A stretch of 51,487 bases of DNA from Nemertoderma westbladi (lineage: Eukaryota > Animalia > Xenacoelomorpha). The translations under genes were made by a program, and so were the position numbers. Of the stretch, positions 44,301 through 51,487 are shown in pieces. The stretch lies in contig JAUCBJ010006644.1 in NCBI GenBank assembly GCA_032718475.1, positions 1 to 51,487 on the forward strand. The letters are read 5' to 3'. Position 1 is the stretch's first letter. Each line of letters begins with the position of its first letter. A model generated the notes under the pieces. That model was not told the origin of the DNA. It saw only the letters and a list, made by a program, of their open reading frames with translations, and ran no database searches.

Positions 44301-47300
44301 GTAACTGGAGTTTATTAAAGTCTATATTATTCAAGTATATATTCATAACTCTATTTGTAGCAAAACTGTAATATATATAAACTTGGGGTTTTGCAACTCA
44401 TCTATAAGGTCCATATACAAGCCGTTTGAGGTTAATTAGAAAATCCATTTACCATAGCAACCAGACTAAACAGATTTTCAAATTTATAAAATGATAATTT
44501 GAAGCACAAGTTAATAGTATTATGACTTGGGACCAAGACCTACCCCCACTATATGACTTATTCTACATCCGAATTACATTGTTCTATTTTTCAGTTTCCA
44601 TGACAACCACTGCAAACAGATGCATTTTGATCCACGAAGCTAAGGAAAATCAACTACTTTCGCTAAGAAAGATTTTCCTTAGCTGAGATGGTCTATTCAT
44701 AGTGGGCTGTTTTACTTGTATGGAGCAGATTTAGTGTTTTTTGATAGGTGAAAAAACTAGCCTTTAAAAGTACCCTGAAATTTTGCATGTATATACAACT
44801 CATCAAGGCGCGTCGTGTGGGATGGGTCTCATATCCTGGAAAAATCTGGTTTCCATGGCAACGGACTTAGAAAAAAGTCTATGTATTTCAAGTCAATATT
44901 TCTAACTCTATTTGTAGGAAAACTATAATACATATAAACTTGGGGTTTCTCAACACAACTATAAGATCCATAGCAGAGCCAATTGAGGTTAAATAGAAAA
45001 TCCAGTTACCTTGGCAACCGGGCTAAACAGATGTTAAAATTTTTAAAATGTTAATTTGAAGCCTAAGGTTAAGGTGTGATGACTTGGGACCAATCCCTAC
45101 CCCCACTATATAACTTATTCTGCGTCCGAATTTGATTGTTCTATTTTGCAGTTACCATGACAACCGCTGAAAACAGATGTTTTTATACAACAATTATTCA
45201 TTTGGACATAGACTTCACGATAAAATTTTACAAAACTGGGTATGTGTTATCTGGACCACTAGTTGGAACTTTTAGTGAAACTCAAAACATTCCAGAAATA
45301 TCTAGTTACCATGGTAACTGGAGCTTATTAAAGTCAATATCATTCAAGTCTATATTTTTAACTCTTGTTTGTAGGAAAACTGTATTAGATATAAATATTG
45401 GGTTTCCCAACTCAACTATAAGGAAGGTCCTTAGAGGAGCCAATTGTGGTTAATTAGAAAATCCAGTTACCTTGGTAACCAGGCTAAACAGATGTTATAA
45501 TTTAAAAAATTATAATTAGAAACACAAGTTAAAGGCATTATGACTTGGGACCAACCCCTACCACCATAATATCACTTATTCTGCATCCAATCTACGTTGT
45601 TCTATTTGCCAGTTACCTTGACAACCACTGCAAACAGACTTTTTAACAAATTAATAATTAATTTTGAACATAAACTACTCAATGAAGCTTCCTTGAAGTC
45701 GATGTGTCACCTGGAACCACAAACTAGATCTTAATGTAAAACTCAGCATTTCTAGAAAAGTCCAGTTACCTTGGCAATACCGGGAGTTCTTTTAACTCGG
45801 TAAATCAATGAAATGATGAGTCAAAGAGTGTTTAATTTTCCTTAGCTTCGTGGTTGCATTTCCTTTAGGAAATGCCTTTCTAGTAGAAAATCTGTAATTT
45901 GGACATAAACTACAATATTTTCTGAAACTCGGTATATGTGTTATCTGAACCACAATCTGGACTAAATCTTCTTTCAAAGGTAAAACCAGCAGTTCCAGAA
46001 AACTCTAGTTTCCATGGGAATAGAAGTTATTTATTGGCAAATGCTACTAAACTAGGCTAAGCAACAAACCAAATTGTGGCCCTTTGTTTAATTTTCCTTA
46101 GCTTCGTGGTTGCATTTCCTTTAGGAAATGCCTTTCTAGTAACTCTATTTGTAGCAAAACTGTAATCCACGAAGCTAAGGAAAATCAACTACTTTCGCTA
46201 AGAAAGATATTCCTTAGCTGAGATGGTGTATTCATAGTGGGCTATTTTACTTGTATGGAGCAGATTTAGTGTTTTTTAAGTCCAGCAAAAACTAGCCTTT
46301 AAAAGTACCCTGAAATTTTGCATGTATATACAACTCATCAAGGCGCGTCGTGTGGGATGGGTCTCATATCCAGGAAAAATCTGGTTTCCATGGCAACGGA
46401 CTTAGAAAAAAGTCTATGTATTTCAAGTCAATATTTGTAACTCTATTTGTGGGAAAACTATAATACATATAAACTTGGGGTTTCTCAACACAACTATAAG
46501 GTCCATAGCAGAGCCGATTGAGGTTAAATAGAAAATCCAGTTACCTGGGCAACCGGGCTAAACAGATGTTTAAATTTTTAAAATGTTAATTTGAAGCCTA
46601 AGGTTAAGGTGTGATGATTTGGGACCAATCCCTACCCCCACTATATAACTTATTCTGCGTCCGAATTTGATTGTTCTATTTTGCAGTTACCTTGACAACC
46701 GCTGAAAACAGATGTTTTTATACAAAAATTATTCATTTGGACATAGACTTCACGATAAAATTTTACGAAACTAGGTACGTGTTATCTGGACCACTAGTTG
46801 GAACTTTTAGTGAAACTCAAAACATTCCAGAAATATCTAGTTACCATGGTAACTGTAGTTTTTTTAAAGTCTATATCATTCAAGTCTATATTCATAACTC
46901 TATTTGGAGCAAAACTGTAATATATATAAACTTGGGGATTTGCAACTCATCTATAAGGTCCATATACAAGCCGTTCGAAGTTAATTAGAAAATCCAGTTA
47001 CCATAGCAACAAGACTAAACAGATGTTAAAATTAATAAAATGATAATTTGAAGCACAATTTAATAGTATTATGACTTGGGACCAACACCTACCCCCACTA
47101 TATGACTTATTCTGCATCCGAATTACATTGTTCTATTTTTCAGTTTCCATGACAACCACTGCAAACAGATTCATTTTGATAGAAAATCTGTAATTTGGAC
47201 ATAAACTACAATATTTTCTGAAACTCGATATGTGTTATCTGAAAAACAATCTGGACTGAATCTTTTTTCAAAGGTAAAACCAACAGTTCCAGAGAACTCT

Positions 47301-48649
47301 ACATAGTTTCCATGGGAATATAAGTTATTTATTGGCAAATGCTCCTAAACTAGGCTAAGCAACGAACCAAATTGTGGCCGTTTGTTTAATTTTCCTTAGC
47401 TTCGTGGTTGCATTTCCTTTAGGAAATGCCTTTCTAGTACAGTTACCATAGCAACAAGTCTAAACAGATGTTAAAATTTATAAAATGATAATTTGAAGCA
47501 CAAGTTAATAGTATTATGACTTGGGACTAACCCCTACCCCCACTATATGACTTATTCTGCATCCGAATCCACGAAGCTAAGGAAAATCAACTACTTTCGC
47601 TAAGAAAGATTTTCCTTAGCTGAGATGGTCTATTCATAGTGGGCTATTTTACTTGTGTGGGGCAGATTTAGTGTTTTTTAAGTCCAGCAAAAACTAGCCT
47701 TTAAAAGTACCCTGAAATTTTGCATGTATATACTACTCATCAAGGCGCGTCGTGTGGGATGGGTCTCATATCCAGGAAAAATCTGGTTTCCATGGCAACG
47801 GACTTTTAAAAAAGTCTATGTATTTCAAGTCAATATTTATAATTCTATTTGTAGAAAAACTATAATAGATATAAACTTGGGGTTTCTCAATTCAACTATA
47901 AGGTCCATAGCTGAGCCGATTGAGGTTAAATAGAAAATCCAGTTACCTTGGCAACCGGGCTAAACAGATGTTAAAATTTATTAAATGTTAATTTGAAGCC
48001 TAAGGTTAAGGTGATATGACTTGGGACCAACCCCTACCCCCACTATATACCTTATTCTGCGTCCGAATTTCATTGTTTTATTTTGCAGTTACCATGACAA
48101 CCGCTGAAAACAGATGTTTTTATACAAAAATTACTCATTTTGACATAGACTTCATGATAAAATTTTATGAAACTGCGTATGTGTTATGTGGACCACTAGT
48201 TGGAACTTTTAGTGAAACTCAAAACATTCCAGAAATATCTAGTTACCATGGTAACTGGAGTTTATTAAAGTCTATATCATTCAAGTCTAAATTCAATACT
48301 CTATTTGTAGCAAAATAATGTAATATATATAAATTTGGGGTTTTGCAACACATCTATAAGGTCCATATACAAGCCGTTCGAGGTTAATTACACAATCCAG
48401 TTACCATAGCAACAATATTAAACAGATGTTAAAATTTATAAAATGATAATTTTAAGCACAAGTTAATAGTATAATGACTTGGGACCAAGACCTACCCCCA
48501 CTATATGACTTATTCTGCATCCGAATTACATTGTTCTATTTTTCAGTTTCCATGACAACCACTGCAAACAGATGCATTGTGAATTGTGGCCCTTTGTTTA
48601 ATTTTCCTTAGCTTCGTGGTTGCATTTCCTTTAGGAAATGCCTTTCTAG
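41336..48649 (+). mobile_element. Cluster of tandem and nested non-autonomous Helitron-type copies
   Basis: 5' ends at 41616 (TA variant), 42954, 44631, 46166 and 47568. Hairpin-CTAG|T 3' ends at 41615, 42884, 45883, 46139, 47437 and 48649. Copy 47568-48649 is 1082 bp and nearly identical to copy B. Confidence 0.85.
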
Positions 48650-49461
48650 TATATTTGATTTCTAGTTTATCTATAAGTCAGTATACTAAATCAGGCTCAT
48701 CTGTTTTATGTCTACCATACTGTCAGACATCATAAGACACTTAAATTAGCAGGTTAAACTGCTAAAGGTCTAAAAGCGCGAACACTGTACCACGTGTGTA
48801 ACGTACTCAATCATGTGTAGCTTACTGGACCACATATGTAACTATATATAGCTATATAACTATATAAAATATTAATAAAATTATAATAAAATTATATTAT
48901 AAATAATATTAAAATGTTATAATTAGCAACCATGCAGTAGACAAATTATCTCATATAGTGTTGCTAATATCAGCTACGTAGTGTAGCTGATGAGCCAAAT
49001 CCCTCGAAACACATGCAAAAATGTAACCAATGTGATAATTTTACTTACAGTATTTAAACAGGGTTGCGCTTTGTGTCCCTGCTCTAATAAAACGATGACT
49101 ACTTACGGTTGAACAGATAGGAACATGTTGTTTCTCTGTTTCCAAATAATTTACCTTGCTTGATATTGGTCTGTCAAAAACATAATTCGTTCAACTCAAA
49201 ATTATATAAATATATATATATATAAATATAATAATAATAATAATAAAATATCTCAGCTCGTGAAAAAATAAGCTAAATGAATTATTGGGGATACCACTTA
49301 CTTATTTTACGCCTAATATAAAGTAGGAATATAAGTCGTATAAAGTAGAATAGCCATAATAAAACGTTTCAGTGGCAGGGAACCATTGCCAAGTACCGGA
49401 GCCGGAGAGGAGAACCTTGCACTTGTAGCCCCTCAGCGGCGGAAGGATGAAGTTCCAATGA

Positions 49462-50500
49462 GTCACAACAACCCGTTATCGAACCAACCTCACAACACCC
49501 CGTTATCGAACCAACCTCACAACAACACGTTATCGAACCAACCTCACAACACCCCATTATAGAACCAACCTCACAACACCCTGTTATCGAACCAACGTCA
49601 TAACAACCCGTTTTCGAACCAACTACACAACACCCCGTTATTGAATCAACGTCACAACACCCCGTTATCGAACCAACCTCACAACACCCCGTTATCGAAC
49701 CAACATCACAACAACCCGTTATCGAACCAACCTCATAACAACCCGTTATCGAACCAACCTCACAATACCCTGTTATCGAACCAACCTCACAACACCCTGT
49801 TATCGAACCAACATCATAACAACCCGTTTTCAAACCAACCTCACAATACCCTGTTATCGAACCAACATCACAACACCCCGTTATCGAACCAACTACACAA
49901 CACCCCGTTATCAAACCAACGTTACAACACCCCGTTATCGAACCAACCTCACAACACCCCGTTATCGAACCAACTACACAACACCCCGTTATCGAACCAA
50001 CCTCACAACACCCCGTTATCGAACCAACATCACAACAACCCGTTATCGAACCAACTACACAACACCCTGTTATCGAACCAACCTCACAACAACCCGTTAT
50101 CGAACCAACCTCACAATACCCTGTTATCGAACCAAAGTCACAACAACCCATTATCGAACCAACTACACAACTCCCCGTTATCGAACCAACTACACAACAC
50201 CCCGTTATCGAACCAACCTCACAACACCCATTTATCGAACCAACATCACAACAACCCATTATCGAACCAACTACACAACACCCCGTTATCGAACCAACCT
50301 CACAACACCCCGTTATCGAACCAACATCACAACAACCCGTTATTGAAACAACTACACAACACCCCATTATCGAACCAACCTCACAACACCCCGTTATCGA
50401 ACCAACATCACAACAACCCGTTATCGAACCAACTACACAACACCCCGTTATCGAACCAACTACACAACACCCCGTTATTGAACCAACCTCACAACACCCT
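49462..50500. repeat. 27-bp minisatellite, about 38 copies
   Basis: Unit CCCCGTTATCGAACCAACCTCACAACA; it produces the 9-aa periodic ORFs on both strands. Confidence 0.95.
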
Positions 50501-51113
50501 GTGAGCGGATTCAATTCCGCCCACCACCCCATAAAGTTGGGAAACGGCGCCTTTTAGCAATATTGGGGATACGAGGTTAATCTCCAATTAACCTCGTATC
50601 ACACAACCAATAACGGGGACAACAAACCCCCAAAGGGCCACACAAATGGAGGTCAGAGGTTAAACCTCCGGGAGAGGGAAAGTGACAGCAGCAGGGGGGG
50701 GGGGGGGGGGAAACACTCCCACAGAGGTGGGAGCCAAGAATTAGGTTATTGGCCAATGGGGGACAAGGAAAGTGCATCCGCTAAGTAACAAGGCCACAAG
50801 TAAAGTAGGTAATCAATATATTACCGGTTGGTGTTTTATATCCTAGTTCAGTTATATCAGTCACTTAGGGCAGTATGGTGACACTTTAATACCATCACGC
50901 CGTCACCAATCATATATATCATATTTTACCGGTACATGACAATATTACCCTATTCAATCTGAACTGTGCTATCATATATTACCGATCGTATACTATATTC
51001 TACATTTGGAGTTTATCAATAACATTGGAACAACAACAAACTCTTTTCCATTCGCACGGTGATGCTGACGCGTAAATAAATCAAACCGGTCGGGATCCTC
51101 TGATCCTGTCACA
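50500..51113 (+). mobile_element. LTR (614 bp) of a related BEL/Pao family
   Basis: Start TGTGAGCGGATTCAATTCCGCCCACCACCCCATAAAGTT and end CGGGATCCTCTGATCCTGTCACA resemble the sense-strand ends of the 538-bp LTR. Confidence 0.85.
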
Positions 51114-51129
51114 GTATTAAAGTCGCTTA

Positions 51130-51487
51130 CTGGCCTAGGGGCTGGCTCGGGTAGTGTTCACGAGGAGCCAGAAGTTATGGAAACGTTTGTTAATACCCCA
51201 CTTACAGGGACTTAGATAATAGTAATAGTAATTTAAATCCGAACGATCCTAATTTAAATGTAGGAAATAATTCAAATAATCTAGATTCGAATATACAAAA
51301 TAATTCAAATAATTTAAATTTTAATACGCAAAATAATCTAAATAATAACCTTAATTTAAACGAACAAAATAACCCCAATTCTAACCAAAATAATTCTAAT
51401 AATTTAAATAATTCAGAAAATAATATTAATAATGGTGCTATTAATGTAAACGCGGCAGATGTAGGTGGTCCGACCAGTAGGGGCCTG
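51130..51487 (+). pseudogene. Degenerate homolog of the Asn-rich gag extension, running off the window
   Basis: GAGSGSVHEEPEVMETFVNTPLTGT* and NNGAINVN match GAGSSIFEEPRAVDIFINTPLTGT and NMGAINVN in ORF 37449-39245. Confidence 0.75.

Noticed and set aside
25899-48318. Recurrent short ORFs (MYILLIKARR..., ...FYFAVTMTTAENRC...)
   Set aside because: Chance frames inside the repeated non-autonomous element; stops and lengths vary between copies.
49641-50504. 287-aa HNTPLSNQP repeat protein
   Set aside because: Direct translation of the minisatellite, with a non-ATG start and a stop in the same frame upstream within the array.

Overview
AT-rich eukaryotic window, probably from an invertebrate, that is almost entirely mobile and repeated DNA with no intact host gene. 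Its centre is a very young 14,257-bp BEL/Pao LTR retrotransposon on the minus strand (27074-41330) with 538-bp LTRs differing at about one base and a TTCAG target-site duplication. It has three unusual traits. First, an extra 3' ORF in the env position that looks like a DEDDy 3'-5' exonuclease (WRN/EXD/Mut-7-like) plus three CCHC zinc knuckles. Second, no TGG tRNA primer-binding site; the bases next to the 5' LTR instead pair with a motif inside the LTR, and this pairing co-varies in a related LTR at 50500-51113, suggesting self-priming. Third, an internal palindromic tandem array. A deleted sister copy (8736-13635) fuses Gag-protease to the ORF3 zinc knuckles. The window also holds a likely orthomyxovirus-like PA endonuclease endogenous viral element with an influenza-like segment terminus (22717-23860) and a self-nested cluster of non-autonomous Helitron-type elements. 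Smaller items are a HINE-like element, three paralogous exons of an unrecognised domain, a fibrinogen-domain pseudo-exon, an OB-fold exon, transposase and LINE fragments, and minisatellites. All protein family calls come from reading motifs by eye, not from database searches.
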